Shown here piece after piece: positions 1 through 9,644 of a stretch of DNA of 64,000 nt (its first letter is position 1; each line of letters opens with the position of its first letter). A program made the translations under genes and the position numbers. The stretch is from a bacterium. GTDB lineage: Bacteria > SAR324 > XYD2-FULL-50-16. The notes below the pieces were generated by a model. It searched no databases, was not told where the DNA came from, and was given only the letters and a program-made list of their open reading frames with translations. The stretch is taken from contig JAJRZQ010000002.1 of assembly GCA_024275165.1 (NCBI GenBank), positions 76,679 through 140,678 on the forward strand, given 5' to 3'.

Positions 1-646
1 CAATGTAGATCAATTGGTCATTGTGCAAGCGGCCACCCAACCGGAACCGAAAGCTAATTTTCTCTTTCGTTTGCTGGTCGCCGCCAACAGGGGGGAAGTC
101 GCTCCCCTGCTGATCTTGACCAAAACGGACCTGCTCGCCCCCGTGGCCTTGGAGAATTTCTTAACCCCCTTTAAGGAACTCAAGCTGCCGATTTATTTCA
201 CCTCGAACCGGCAAGGGGGGGATGAAGAGGCCTTGAGGCCGTTGTTGGAGGGGAAAACCAGCGTGATCAGCGGCCCTAGTGGGGTAGGGAAATCGAGTTT
301 GCTCAATCGACTCTATTCCGGCTTAAACATCAAGGTGGGGGAGGTGAGCCAAAAAACCCAAAAAGGGGGGCACACCACCACCTTGGCCGAATTGCATCTG
401 GTGGCCCCCGGCACGGCGGTGATTGATACCCCCGGGGTGCGGGAGTTCGGGTTTTGGGGGCTCAATGCCCAAAATCTGTATGAATACTTCCCCGGGTTGG
501 AGGTTTATCAAGGGCTTTGTCGCCATCGCAATTGCCGCCATTTGAGCGAGCCCGATTGCCGGGTCAAGCAGGCCTTAGCGAGTGAAAAGATCCATCCCGC
601 CATCTACCGGGCCTATCAAGATATTCTTACCGACTTAGAAGGGTAA
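1..646 (+). CDS. rsgA: ribosome small-subunit-dependent GTPase RsgA, C-terminal part (5' end outside window)
   Basis: P-loop GPSGVGKSSLLN, zinc-finger CRHRNCRHLSEPDC; ORF open to window start. Confidence 0.85.
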   Translation, partial: NVDQLVIVQAATQPEPKANFLFRLLVAANRGEVAPLLILTKTDLLAPVALENFLTPFKELKLPIYFTSNRQGGDEEALRPLLEGKTSVISGPSGVGKSSLLNRLYSGLNIKVGEVSQKTQKGGHTTTLAELHLVAPGTAVIDTPGVREFGFWGLNAQNLYEYFPGLEVYQGLCRHRNCRHLSEPDCRVKQALASEKIHPAIYRAYQDILTDLEG

Positions 647-714
647 ATTGACGAACTCGGCCCAAGGGGCTATCTTTGCCCCAATCAACTTTTCATTTCA
701 GCTTGAACGGATTC

Positions 715-3129
715 ATGGCTTACGACCCGAAACAGATCGAACCCAAGTGGCAAGCCTTTTGGGAAAAAAACAAAACCTTCAAGGCGGTACTCGACCCGAA
801 GAAGGAGAAATATTACGCTTTGGATATGTTCCCCTATCCCTCGGGCAAGGGGCTGCATGTAGGCCACCCCGAGGGGTATACGGCGACCGATATTTTATCC
901 CGTTATAAACGCAATCAGGGCTACAATGTGCTGCACTGCATGGGGTGGGATGCCTTTGGTCTGCCCGCGGAGCAACACGCCTTGCAGACCGGTACCCACC
1001 CTCGGGTAACCACGGAGAAAAATATTGCCACCTTTAAACGGCAAATTCAATCCTTGGGTTTTTCTTATGATTGGGATCGGGAGATCAACACCACGGACCC
1101 GGATTATTACCAATGGACCCAGTGGATCTTCTTAAGGCTCTACCAGCGGGGTTTGGCTTATGAACACGATGCCTTGGTCAATTGGTGCCCGGAACTCAAA
1201 ACCGTGCTCTCAAATGAAGAGGTGGTGGATGGGAAGTCGGAACGAGGCGGTTACCCCGTGATCCGCAAGCCCATGCGCCAATGGATGTTGAAGATTACAG
1301 AGTACGCCGAGCGGCTTTTAGAGGATTTGGACGATTTGGATTGGCCCGAATCCATTAAGGAGATGCAACGCAACTGGATTGGCCGCTCCATTGGGGCGGA
1401 GGTGCGTTTTCAGGTGCAGGGCAAGGACGAGGAGTTTATTGTTTTCACCACCCGGCCCGATACCCTCTTTGGGGCCACCTATTGCGTGTTGGCGCCAGAA
1501 CACCCTTTAGTGGATCGCATTGCCGCCCCAGAGCAATGGCAAGAACTGGAGAGTTATCGCGAGGCCTGCTCGGCCAAATCCGACCTGGAACGCGCCGACC
1601 TCAACAAGAAAAAAACGGGCCTTTTTACCGGCGCTTACGCCCTCAACCCGGTCAATGGAGAGCCCATCCCCATCTGGGTCGCCGATTATGTGCTTTTAGG
1701 CTACGGCACGGGCGCCATCATGGCCGTACCGGCCCACGACCAACGGGATTGGGAATTCGCTCAGGCCTTTGGGTTGGAGATTCGCCCGATCCTCAAAGGG
1801 GTTGAGGTTGCGCAAGGGGCTTACGATCAAGAGGGGGTGCTGTGCAACTCGGGCCCGCTCAACGGCTTGAGCGTTTCGGAGGGAAAAGAAAAAATCATCC
1901 AATGGCTGGAAGAGGAAAAAAAAGGCAAGAAGGCGGTCAACTATAAGCTGCGCGATTGGCTTTTTTCCCGCCAGCGTTACTGGGGCGAGCCCTTTCCCCT
2001 GTTGCATCTTGAAGAGGGCGGCATCGAGGCCATGCCGCCCGAAGACCTGCCCCTCACCTTGCCCGAAATGGAGAGCTTTGAGCCCTCCGATTCGGGAGAG
2101 AGCCCCTTGGCCAACCATACCGACTGGATCGAGGTCACCTTGCCCGACGGCAGAAAGGCCAAACGCAGCAGCAACACCATGCCGCAATGGGCGGGGAGTT
2201 GCTGGTATTACCTGCGCTACCTGGACCCGCACAACCGGCTCGCTCCCTTTTCCAAGGAGACGGAAAGCTACTGGATGCCCGTGGATATCTACATCGGCGG
2301 GGCAGAGCATGCCGTATTGCACCTGCTCTATGCCCGCTTTTGGCATAAGGTGCTTTATGACGAGGGGGTGGTCTCCACTAAGGAGCCCTTTCAGCGGCTC
2401 GTCAACCAGGGGATGATTCTCGGCGAGAACGGGGAGAAGATGAGCAAGTCGCGGGGCAATGTGATCAACCCCGATGTGGTGGTCGCCGAGTTTGGAGCCG
2501 ACGCGTTAAGGCTCTATGAAATGTTCATGGGGCCCTTGGAAAAGTCCAAACCCTGGAGCGCCAGTGGCTTGGAGGGGATTTCTCGTTTTTTAAATCGGGT
2601 TTGGCGCCTCTATTACGATGAAACCGACCAACTCTCAACGAAACTCGTGGAGGCGCAACCGAGTCCTGAAACTTTGGTCCTTTATCATGAAACGGTAAAG
2701 AAGGTGACCGAAGATATTGAAAATCTGCGTTTTAATACGGCCATCAGCCAGATGATGATTTTTACCAACGAGATGACCAAGCTGGAGCAACGAAACAGCG
2801 CCTTGCTGAAAAACTTCGCCCTGCTCTTAAGCCCCTTTGCCCCTCACTTGGCCGAAGAGTTGTGGCAGGCCTTGGGGGGGACTACTACCTTGGCCTACGA
2901 GCCTTGGCCCAGTTATGACGAGGTCTATTTGGTGAAAAAAGAAATTCAGCTTCCCGTGCAGGTGATGGGGAAGTTGAGGGACACCTTGACTTTAAATGAA
3001 GGGGTGACCCAAGATGAAGCCTTGGCAGTGGCTTTGGCAAGCCCGAAAATCGCCAAGCTGTTGGAAGGGAAAAATCTAGTGAAGGTGATTTTCGTCCCTG
3101 GTAAGATTTTAAATCTCGTGGTAAAGTAA
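715..3129 (+). CDS. leuS: leucine--tRNA ligase
   Basis: [12 protein letters not shown] (HIGH-class), KMSKS motif, ~800 aa; start chosen at [13 protein letters not shown] (ORF opens at 676). Confidence 0.95.
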   Translation: MAYDPKQIEPKWQAFWEKNKTFKAVLDPKKEKYYALDMFPYPSGKGLHVGHPEGYTATDILSRYKRNQGYNVLHCMGWDAFGLPAEQHALQTGTHPRVTTEKNIATFKRQIQSLGFSYDWDREINTTDPDYYQWTQWIFLRLYQRGLAYEHDALVNWCPELKTVLSNEEVVDGKSERGGYPVIRKPMRQWMLKITEYAERLLEDLDDLDWPESIKEMQRNWIGRSIGAEVRFQVQGKDEEFIVFTTRPDTLFGATYCVLAPEHPLVDRIAAPEQWQELESYREACSAKSDLERADLNKKKTGLFTGAYALNPVNGEPIPIWVADYVLLGYGTGAIMAVPAHDQRDWEFAQAFGLEIRPILKGVEVAQGAYDQEGVLCNSGPLNGLSVSEGKEKIIQWLEEEKKGKKAVNYKLRDWLFSRQRYWGEPFPLLHLEEGGIEAMPPEDLPLTLPEMESFEPSDSGESPLANHTDWIEVTLPDGRKAKRSSNTMPQWAGSCWYYLRYLDPHNRLAPFSKETESYWMPVDIYIGGAEHAVLHLLYARFWHKVLYDEGVVSTKEPFQRLVNQGMILGENGEKMSKSRGNVINPDVVVAEFGADALRLYEMFMGPLEKSKPWSASGLEGISRFLNRVWRLYYDETDQLSTKLVEAQPSPETLVLYHETVKKVTEDIENLRFNTAISQMMIFTNEMTKLEQRNSALLKNFALLLSPFAPHLAEELWQALGGTTTLAYEPWPSYDEVYLVKKEIQLPVQVMGKLRDTLTLNEGVTQDEALAVALASPKIAKLLEGKNLVKVIFVPGKILNLVVK

Positions 3130-3152
3130 TTGCTATCTATTGAATCTGGTTT

Positions 3153-4022
3153 TTGATGAAAGACGCTTTAATCAATCGCAATGATCCCTGCTGGTGTGGC
3201 AGTGGATTGAAATACAAAAAATGTCACCTTGGCACAGATCAGGAGAAAGAGGTGTTGAATCAACCTGTAAGCGGTAAAATGTCGATCTCCCGCAAGGGGG
3301 AGTACATCGAGGGCATGCGCCAGGTATGCGCTTTGGTCAAGGATACCTTGGACATGGTTGAAGAACGGATTCGCCCCGGGGTGACCACCGACGAGATCAA
3401 CGACTGGGTGCATCAATTCACCTTAGATCACCAGGCGATACCGGCGACCTTAAATTATCACGGTTACCCCAAGTCGATCTGCGCTTCGGTCAATGAGGTG
3501 GTCTGTCACGGAATCCCCTCAGATTATGTCCTGCGGCAAGGAGACATCATCAACATTGATGTGAGCAGTATTTTAGAGGGTTACTTCGGTGACGCGAGTC
3601 GCACCTTTTTGATGGGCGAATGTTCCAAAGAAGCGAAAAAAATTACGGAAGTGACCCAAAAATGCCTGGAACTGGGAATTGAGGCGGCACAGCCCTTTGC
3701 CCATATCGGGGATATCGGCCACGCTATCCAGACCTATGCCCACTCCCAAGGCTGTAGCGTGGTCGAGCAGTTTGTCGGCCATGGGATCGGTCGCGCCTTT
3801 CATGAAGAGCCCCAAGTGCCTCACTTTGGCCGCAAGGGCACCGGCCCCTTGATCTTACCGGGCATGTTTTTCACCATTGAACCCATGATCAACCTCGGTC
3901 GCAAGGGGGTCCGGGTGCTGCCCGATCGCTGGACCGCGGTCACCATCGACGGAAAACTCACCGCTCAATTCGAGCATACCCTCTACATCTCCGAGCAGGG
4001 GCCGGTCATTTTGACCAACTAA
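3153..4022 (+). CDS. map: type I methionine aminopeptidase with N-terminal SEC-C zinc-finger motif
   Basis: N-term CWCGSGLKYKKCH (SecA C-terminal-like), pita-bread fold motifs DIINIDVS..., HGIGRAFHEEP, FTIEPM. Confidence 0.9.
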   Translation: MMKDALINRNDPCWCGSGLKYKKCHLGTDQEKEVLNQPVSGKMSISRKGEYIEGMRQVCALVKDTLDMVEERIRPGVTTDEINDWVHQFTLDHQAIPATLNYHGYPKSICASVNEVVCHGIPSDYVLRQGDIINIDVSSILEGYFGDASRTFLMGECSKEAKKITEVTQKCLELGIEAAQPFAHIGDIGHAIQTYAHSQGCSVVEQFVGHGIGRAFHEEPQVPHFGRKGTGPLILPGMFFTIEPMINLGRKGVRVLPDRWTAVTIDGKLTAQFEHTLYISEQGPVILTN

Positions 4023-4273
4023 GTCCCGCTAAATCTTTCTTTTGCTAGACAGAGCTTAGGCGATTGGTTAGGCTTCAATCAATTACAATTGGTCAAGAGA
4101 AAAAGAAATAAAATCCATCCTACAGCGATATCTGGCGTGGCCTCTACAAAAACTTGGGGCAACCTAAGAAAAAATAGAACAAGTCCTATGCTTTTATGTT
4201 AAAATAGGCTAAAGAACGGAAAAAAAGGGAGCGCAAGCACCCAGGCCCCAGAGCGCGAATAAAGAGGAAATTC

Positions 4274-4522
4274 ATGAAATGGTGGATGGTTTTTATTTTA
4301 ATGACTTTACTGGTTACACAGCCTTTGTGGGCGGTAGAGTTGCAATGGAAAACAGACAAGGGATACCGCATTTTTAAATGCACCAGTGGCAGCACCGGCG
4401 GAGTGGCCCGCGTAAAGCAGGTTAAATCCAATGGCTACTTGGTTTTTGGCGGGGCCTATCAAGGGGTTGTCGTTCCGGCGGCCAATTTTGTCGAGGCTGC
4501 CCGTAAGGCCTGTGGGGAGTAA
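4274..4522 (+). CDS. small secreted hypothetical protein (signal peptide)
   Basis: 82 aa ORF, hydrophobic N-terminus MKWWMVFILMTLLVTQPLWA, RBS-like aaagaggaaa upstream. Confidence 0.4.
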   Translation: MKWWMVFILMTLLVTQPLWAVELQWKTDKGYRIFKCTSGSTGGVARVKQVKSNGYLVFGGAYQGVVVPAANFVEAARKACGE

Positions 4523-4606
4523 AACCCGCTAACTTGTCGTTTGGTTTTTCAGAGCTTTTTTCTCTTGGCATAGCACAACGGGACGCAAGTCCATTATGGG
4601 AGGCTT

Positions 4607-6946
4607 ATGCCAAAGAAACTGATGCTCGTCAGTGTCACTGACGACGAAACCCGCATTGCAATTGTCGAAGACAATCTGCTGCAAGAGCTCTTAATCGAGC
4701 ATCAAAATAGAGAACAAAACAAAGGGAATATCTACAAGGGGCGAGTTGTCCAGGTCCAGACAGCGGTGCAGGCCGCTTTTGTGGATTATGGGCAAAAACG
4801 CCACGGCTTTTTACCTCTTTCTGAAGTGAACCCCGAGGTCATTGGCAGCAAGAAGGAAAAAAGAGGCCGCGCTCGCTTGGAAGAGGGTCAGGATGTCTTG
4901 GTTCAGGTAACCCGCGAAGAGGTCGATCATAAAGGGGCGGCCTTGACCACGAACCTATCCCTGGCGGGAAGATATATGGTCATGATGCCCCATACCGACA
5001 AGGGGGGCGTCTCCAAACGCATCAGTGATCCCGATGAGCGAGAGCGCCTTAAAGGGTTCCTGGCCGGTATCGGGCAAGAGGCGCATTCGGTCATTATCCG
5101 CACCGCGGGGATGCACCGGGATTTGAGCGAGCTGAAAAAGGACTACACCCAGGTGAAACGCCTGTGGGAAGAAATCAAATCTCGCTACGAGGCTCAGGTC
5201 AAACCCAGCTTGGTTCACGAGGAATTAGATGTCATCACCCGCAGCTTGCGTGACTACTACAATGAAGAGATTGACGAGGTTTGGGTCGACCAGCCCGAAT
5301 CCTTCCAAAAGGTGCTGGCCTTTTTAAAGGAAAACGCCCCCCGGCGGCAAAAAGACCTAAAGCTTTTTGTCGGGGATCGCAGCCTGTTTGCGACCTACAA
5401 TATCGAAAAACAGGTAGAGCAGTTGACCAGCCGCAAGGTCAAGCTGCGTTCTGGCGGCTCTATCGTGATCGACCAAACCGAGGCCTTAGTGGCCATTGAT
5501 GTGAATTCGGGCCGCTCCAACCAAGAATCCAATGTGGAAAACACGGCCCTGCGCACCAACCTGGAGGCCGCCGCGGAGGTGGCCCGGCAGTTGCGCTTGC
5601 GTAATTTAGGCGGGATCATCGTGGTTGATTTTATCGACATGGATAAAGCTTCTTCGAAAGCAGAGGTGGAGGCGGTAATGGCCGAAGCCTTTGAAAGGGA
5701 CCGGGCGCAGAATAAAATCGGGCACATCTCTGAATTCGGCTTGATGGAAATCAGCCGTCAGCGGATGGCCCAACGGATTTCCAGCGTGATTGAATCCGAG
5801 TGCCCCTTTTGTCAGGGCAAGGGCATGGTGCCCTCCTTGTTGGCTAGCGCCAATCTGATTTTGCGCACGATCCGTGAATACGCCGCCAAGGGCGGGGTCT
5901 CCTCGATTTCGGGCGAGCTTCCCCTAGAGGTGGCCAACCACTTGCTCAACGAACGGCGGCAGTTTTTGATGGATCTTGAGATGGAATTTGGGATCATCAT
6001 TTCTTTGCTCGGCAATCCGGCGCTGTTTATTTTTGATGAGCGCAACTTAAAGGTTTTCAATGAAGAAGGGCAGGTGATTTCTTCGGGCGTGGTCGGGGGC
6101 AGCGGTAGCCGTCGCCGTGGTCGTCGTGGTCGCCGTAGAGAAGAAGAGCCAGAGGTGGCCAAAGAGTCGGAGGAAGTAGATGAAGAAAGCCTCAGCCAAG
6201 AAGAGGAAAGCAGTGAAGAGGCAGACCGCCCCAAAAAGCACCGTAGGAGAAAACGCCGCCGTCGAGGGGAGCGCGAGCAGGAGGAAGGGGTAGAACTCGA
6301 ACTCGAAGCAACGGCAACTGCCGAGGGCGAACCCGAAGCCCTAGAGGAAGAACCGCCCACTCCGAAGCGCGAGCGGCAAACAGCCTTGAAGGAAGAAGAG
6401 GAGGAGGACGATTCCTTTTATGCCGGCTTTGCCAACGAACAGGCCCCCATTCATCCGGGGTGTCTTTTTCCGGAGGTTCGTGAAATTGATGATGTCTTTC
6501 GTCAAGAGGTAGCGGAGTCCTTTTATCAAAGATTGAGGGGGAAAGCCAAGGGGCAGCCCCCCAGGCGGATTGGAGAGCGGTTTTTATGGCGCGCCGTACC
6601 CGCGTCTCTAAAGGCGCGGGAAGAGGCTCCGGCTAAGGGAAAAAAGTCGCCTTCCCAGGGGGAGGAAGAAAGCCCGAAACCTCCGAAAAAAAGAGCGACA
6701 AAGGCCGCGACTAAAAAGAAGGAAACGCTTCCAGAGGATCAAACCCAACCCGAGGCGCAGGCAAAGCCCAAGCGAGCCCCCAGGAAAAAGGCCGTCGCGG
6801 TGAAAGCAGCCCCAGAGGGGGAGGAAAAACCCAAGCGAGCCCCCAGGAAAAAGGCCGTCGCGGTGAAAGCAGCCCCAGAGGGGGAGGAAAAACCCAAGCG
6901 AGCCCCCAGGAAAAAGGCCGCTGCCAAAGGGGAAAAGAAGGAGTGA
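4607..6946 (+). CDS. ribonuclease E/G family endoribonuclease with long low-complexity basic/acidic C-terminal tail
   Basis: N-terminal S1 + RNase E/G catalytic core (MLVSVTDDETRIAIVED..., DQTEALVAIDVNSG), zinc-link CPFCQGKG; tail with E/S-rich and K/P/A-rich repeats. Confidence 0.85.
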   Translation: MPKKLMLVSVTDDETRIAIVEDNLLQELLIEHQNREQNKGNIYKGRVVQVQTAVQAAFVDYGQKRHGFLPLSEVNPEVIGSKKEKRGRARLEEGQDVLVQVTREEVDHKGAALTTNLSLAGRYMVMMPHTDKGGVSKRISDPDERERLKGFLAGIGQEAHSVIIRTAGMHRDLSELKKDYTQVKRLWEEIKSRYEAQVKPSLVHEELDVITRSLRDYYNEEIDEVWVDQPESFQKVLAFLKENAPRRQKDLKLFVGDRSLFATYNIEKQVEQLTSRKVKLRSGGSIVIDQTEALVAIDVNSGRSNQESNVENTALRTNLEAAAEVARQLRLRNLGGIIVVDFIDMDKASSKAEVEAVMAEAFERDRAQNKIGHISEFGLMEISRQRMAQRISSVIESECPFCQGKGMVPSLLASANLILRTIREYAAKGGVSSISGELPLEVANHLLNERRQFLMDLEMEFGIIISLLGNPALFIFDERNLKVFNEEGQVISSGVVGGSGSRRRGRRGRRREEEPEVAKESEEVDEESLSQEEESSEEADRPKKHRRRKRRRRGEREQEEGVELELEATATAEGEPEALEEEPPTPKRERQTALKEEEEEDDSFYAGFANEQAPIHPGCLFPEVREIDDVFRQEVAESFYQRLRGKAKGQPPRRIGERFLWRAVPASLKAREEAPAKGKKSPSQGEEESPKPPKKRATKAATKKKETLPEDQTQPEAQAKPKRAPRKKAVAVKAAPEGEEKPKRAPRKKAVAVKAAPEGEEKPKRAPRKKAAAKGEKKE
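6767..6925 (+). repeat. three tandem 63-bp repeats inside the RNase E/G tail encoding KPKRAPRKKAVAVKAAPEGEE
   Basis: unit 'cccaagcgagcccccaggaaaaaggccgtcgcggtgaaagcagccccagagggggaggaaaaa' starts at 6767, 6830, 6893 (third copy diverges). Confidence 0.9.
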
Positions 6947-6956
6947 GTTTAAAAAA

Positions 6957-6982
6957 GGGGAGTTTTTTACTCCCCTTTTTTA
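6957..6982 (+). terminator. rho-independent terminator after RNase E/G gene
   Basis: ggggagt-ttttt-actcccc stem-loop followed by T6. Confidence 0.7.
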
Positions 6983-7048
6983 TTTGTGCCCATTCTTTGC
7001 ATTTCCCTTAAGGTAGCGCATTTTTATTTGCCAAGGGTCAACCGTATC

Positions 7049-8251
7049 ATGACAAGAAGCGTTCTCCTTATCTTTTTCAGCTTGCTTTATTTGGGGTTGG
7101 CTGTCCCTCTGTTTGCCCAGGAAACAGACCCTCAAGCAGTGGTCAACAACAGCCTGGGGCAAGACGAAACCGCGACTACCGGAATGCTGGTTCTCCAGTT
7201 CGGGGCCACGGGAATGACGGATTCGGCTGCCAAGGCCTATTCGAACCTGGTTGCCCAAAACCTGGTCAACTCCAACCGCTTTGTGGTGACCAATGCCAGT
7301 CAAGCCGAAGAGGTGATCATGCGGGAGCAACCGCGCCTGCTCCCTTGTTTTGATATTGGTTGTGGGATTCAAATCGCTAAAATCATCGGTGCCCAGCGGG
7401 TTTTATCGGGGCATATCTCCCTAACCGCGTCGGGGCATATTATCCTGCAAGTCAAGTTGGTCAATGTCAACGACAATGCCTTGGAGTTTGAAGACTCCAT
7501 TCGCTTTACCGATGAGACCATGGACCGTCGTTTTTATATTCTTTCCCAACAGATTGCCAACAATACGCCGCTACGGGGTCGGGTTTTAGAAGCAAACAAC
7601 CGCATGGCGGTGATCAGTTTAGGGGGGAATAACGGGGTGCAGGTGGGGGATCGCTTGATTTTGTATAAAGACATCCATACCCGTTCTAGCGGACAAAGCT
7701 TGCCGGTTGCCGGGGCTTCGCGTCGCTCCAATATCGGGATTTTGACCATCACCAAGGTCGGGGATCATTCCTCTGAGGGGGTGTATTTTCAAACCGTGGA
7801 AACCCCAAAACCCGGGCAATTCGTTTCCACTTTTTTGGAAAAGCGCAAGCAAATCGCGGTGGTGAATGATGTACGAAAGGAGTTGGATACCCATTTGCGC
7901 AATGTCTTTGAAATTGAGCAAAAGGTGGTGATCAAACCGATCAGTATTGAAGATGTGGATAAAAAACGCTGGATCTACAGCATTCGGGCCATGGAAAATG
8001 AACGCGATTGGTGGCAAAACTGGTTGCTGGGTTCTGGTATTGGCTCTGCGTTTTTTTTATCGCAGTATAAGCCTGGGGACGACTTAAAAGCCCTGGGAGC
8101 GGTGGGGATTTTTGCCTATAGCGCGATTCGTTATTTTCAAGCGAAGGGCCGACTGAAGAGTTTGGTGGATGAGGGGAAGTTTAAGGGCTACCTGGATGTG
8201 AACTTTCGGCCCAATGCCTCCATTCAATTGAGTTGGACCATGAGGTTTTAA
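7049..8251 (+). CDS. secreted hypothetical protein (signal peptide)
   Basis: ORF with N-term MTRSVLLIFFSLLYLGLAVPLFAQE; ATG at 7049 in frame with the ORF opening at 6986. Confidence 0.55.
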   Translation: MTRSVLLIFFSLLYLGLAVPLFAQETDPQAVVNNSLGQDETATTGMLVLQFGATGMTDSAAKAYSNLVAQNLVNSNRFVVTNASQAEEVIMREQPRLLPCFDIGCGIQIAKIIGAQRVLSGHISLTASGHIILQVKLVNVNDNALEFEDSIRFTDETMDRRFYILSQQIANNTPLRGRVLEANNRMAVISLGGNNGVQVGDRLILYKDIHTRSSGQSLPVAGASRRSNIGILTITKVGDHSSEGVYFQTVETPKPGQFVSTFLEKRKQIAVVNDVRKELDTHLRNVFEIEQKVVIKPISIEDVDKKRWIYSIRAMENERDWWQNWLLGSGIGSAFFLSQYKPGDDLKALGAVGIFAYSAIRYFQAKGRLKSLVDEGKFKGYLDVNFRPNASIQLSWTMRF

Positions 8252-8373
8252 GCTGGGTCGGCTCTGTTTCGAGCCGTAATTTCGCAAGTTTGCAATTCTC
8301 TCTTGTCAAATTGCCTTAGATAGGCAAAACTTTTTTAAAGTTTTTCTTATCTTTTACTGCTAAGGAGTTATTT

Positions 8374-8700
8374 ATGCCTGCACCTACTCATCATTTTTTT
8401 CTTTGTACCAATCAACGCCCTCCGGGTCACCCTAAAGGTTCTTGCGCTTCCTTGGGGAGTCATCCCACCTTTGAACGCTTTATTCAGAATTTAGAGGAAA
8501 AAAACCTTTGGGGTAAGATGAAGGTGACTTCGACCGGTTGCATGGGCCCTTGCATGGCCGGCCCGGTGCTGGTTTGTTACCCCGAGGGAATTTGGTATCA
8601 GGGGGTTCAGCCTCAAGATGTCGATGAAATCGTAGAAAAGCATGTCTTGGGCGGAGAGCCGGTGCAACGCTTATTGATGGACCCGAACCTCGTCGGTTAG
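8374..8700 (+). CDS. thioredoxin-like [2Fe-2S] ferredoxin-domain protein
   Basis: four Cys in CxxxxxC...C...C spacing (C24/C41...CMGPCMAGPV), ~108 aa, matches NuoE/thioredoxin-like Fd family. Confidence 0.6.
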   Translation: MPAPTHHFFLCTNQRPPGHPKGSCASLGSHPTFERFIQNLEEKNLWGKMKVTSTGCMGPCMAGPVLVCYPEGIWYQGVQPQDVDEIVEKHVLGGEPVQRLLMDPNLVG

Positions 8701-8729
8701 GGTTTTTTCGTTCAGGGAGGAACGATCAA

Positions 8730-8762
8730 AGCCCCTGGGGACTCCTCAGGGGCTTTTTTTTG
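8730..8762 (+). terminator. rho-independent terminator after ferredoxin gene
   Basis: agcccctg gggactcct caggggct + T9. Confidence 0.75.
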
Positions 8763-8794
8763 TCTAAGATGAAGGCAAGCGCGGGGTTTTTTAC

Positions 8795-9002
8795 GGAAAC
8801 TCTGAAAACGCAGAGGTTCCCAGCAAGGCAGGGATGCCTGGCCAACTCAAAAAGCGCGACTTCTTGATTCGCGTTGGGATTGTGGATTTCATTCCCCCCC
8901 GAAAAGACCGAAAAACTCAATGCGCCCCGGGGGCTATAATCAGCCCGAAGGGCACGAGCCTACCGCTTGAACAAGCGGTAGGCAAGGAGTTTTTCAGAGG
9001 TT
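8795..9002 (+). repeat. MITE-like repeat element copy A (hairpin termini)
   Basis: ~85-90% identical to the reverse complement of 61440-61650; begins with hairpin ggaaactctgaaaacgcagaggttcc and ends ...cctaccgcttgaacaagcggtagg...ggagtttttcagaggtt. Confidence 0.8.
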
Positions 9003-9004
9003 TT

Positions 9005-9469
9005 TTAAGTCCCCATAACCGTATGCCAAAGCTCTTCATCGACATTATCCATAAATTGGCAGCCGATCAAAAACTGGTCGCCTCGGTCCACCACCCGCCG
9101 AACCTGCATCTCAAATTCCATGACTAAAATTTCACCGGCCGCGTCGTATTTGAAGGTCGCGGTGATGAGTTGGTCTGTGTCAAAGGTGTGATCCGCAAAA
9201 AAACTCAAGCCCCCAGCAGAGTAGTCGTTTAAATCGTATGCCGATTCTTGATCCGTATGGTTGTCGATCAAGGTGATCTGACCCGTCGCCTTAAAGCGTT
9301 TGTGGGCGCGCAAGCCCTCGTAATAGGCGTCGTCTTGCTCTTCCTTGCTGGTTGGGGGAGTGGATTCAGAATCTAAAAAGGTAATAATGACTTCACTATT
9401 TTCTTCCAGCTCTAAAGAGTTGGCGAGTTGAATGCGGCCATGCGTGTAGATGCCTTTGACGGTGATCAT
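9005..9469 (-). CDS. PilZ-domain (c-di-GMP binding) protein with N-terminal DUF104-like domain
   Basis: RAHKRF (RxxxR) and DYSAGGLSF (DxSxGG) motifs. Confidence 0.65.
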   Translation of the reverse strand: MITVKGIYTHGRIQLANSLELEENSEVIITFLDSESTPPTSKEEQDDAYYEGLRAHKRFKATGQITLIDNHTDQESAYDLNDYSAGGLSFFADHTFDTDQLITATFKYDAAGEILVMEFEMQVRRVVDRGDQFLIGCQFMDNVDEELWHTVMGT

Positions 9470-9601
9470 GGAAACCTAGTACAGTTGGATGGAGTTTTGT
9501 TTTATTTTGTTGCCTCTTCTTGGAAAAGTCAAGCAGAACTCAAGTGCCTAGGCGCTGCTAAAATGCCGTTATCTGGATAAATTTAAAAAAGTACTTGTGT
9601 T

Positions 9602-9644
9602 GGTTAGTCAAATGGTTAATATTAGTCGTATGACTAAAAAGAAA
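9602..9644 (+). promoter_or_regulatory. candidate TetR operator palindromes overlapping the TetR start codon
   Basis: TTAGTCA...TGACTAA inverted repeat and perfect 5-4-5 palindrome TAGTCgtatGACTA. Confidence 0.35.

Noticed and set aside
1696-2346. 216-aa minus-strand ORF and several 60-135 aa ORFs inside leuS; similar shadow ORFs inside MMPL genes, the cob genes, the 5812..6360 ORF inside rne, the 52401..53743 ORFs inside the O-antigen-ligase gene, and others
   Set aside because: Antisense or out-of-frame overlaps with strongly supported genes; Gly/Pro/Arg-rich compositions typical of GC-rich shadow frames.
6739-6927. 62-aa minus-strand ORF with repeated AAFTATAFFLGARLGFSSPSG
   Set aside because: Antisense reading of the 63-bp tandem repeats in the rne tail; the repetitive peptide is an artefact of the DNA repeat.
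8834-9127. 97-aa ORF (and 61489..61800, 103 aa) in the six-frame track
   Set aside because: Both lie inside the two copies of the MITE-like repeat in opposite orientations and do not encode the same peptide; most likely non-coding.
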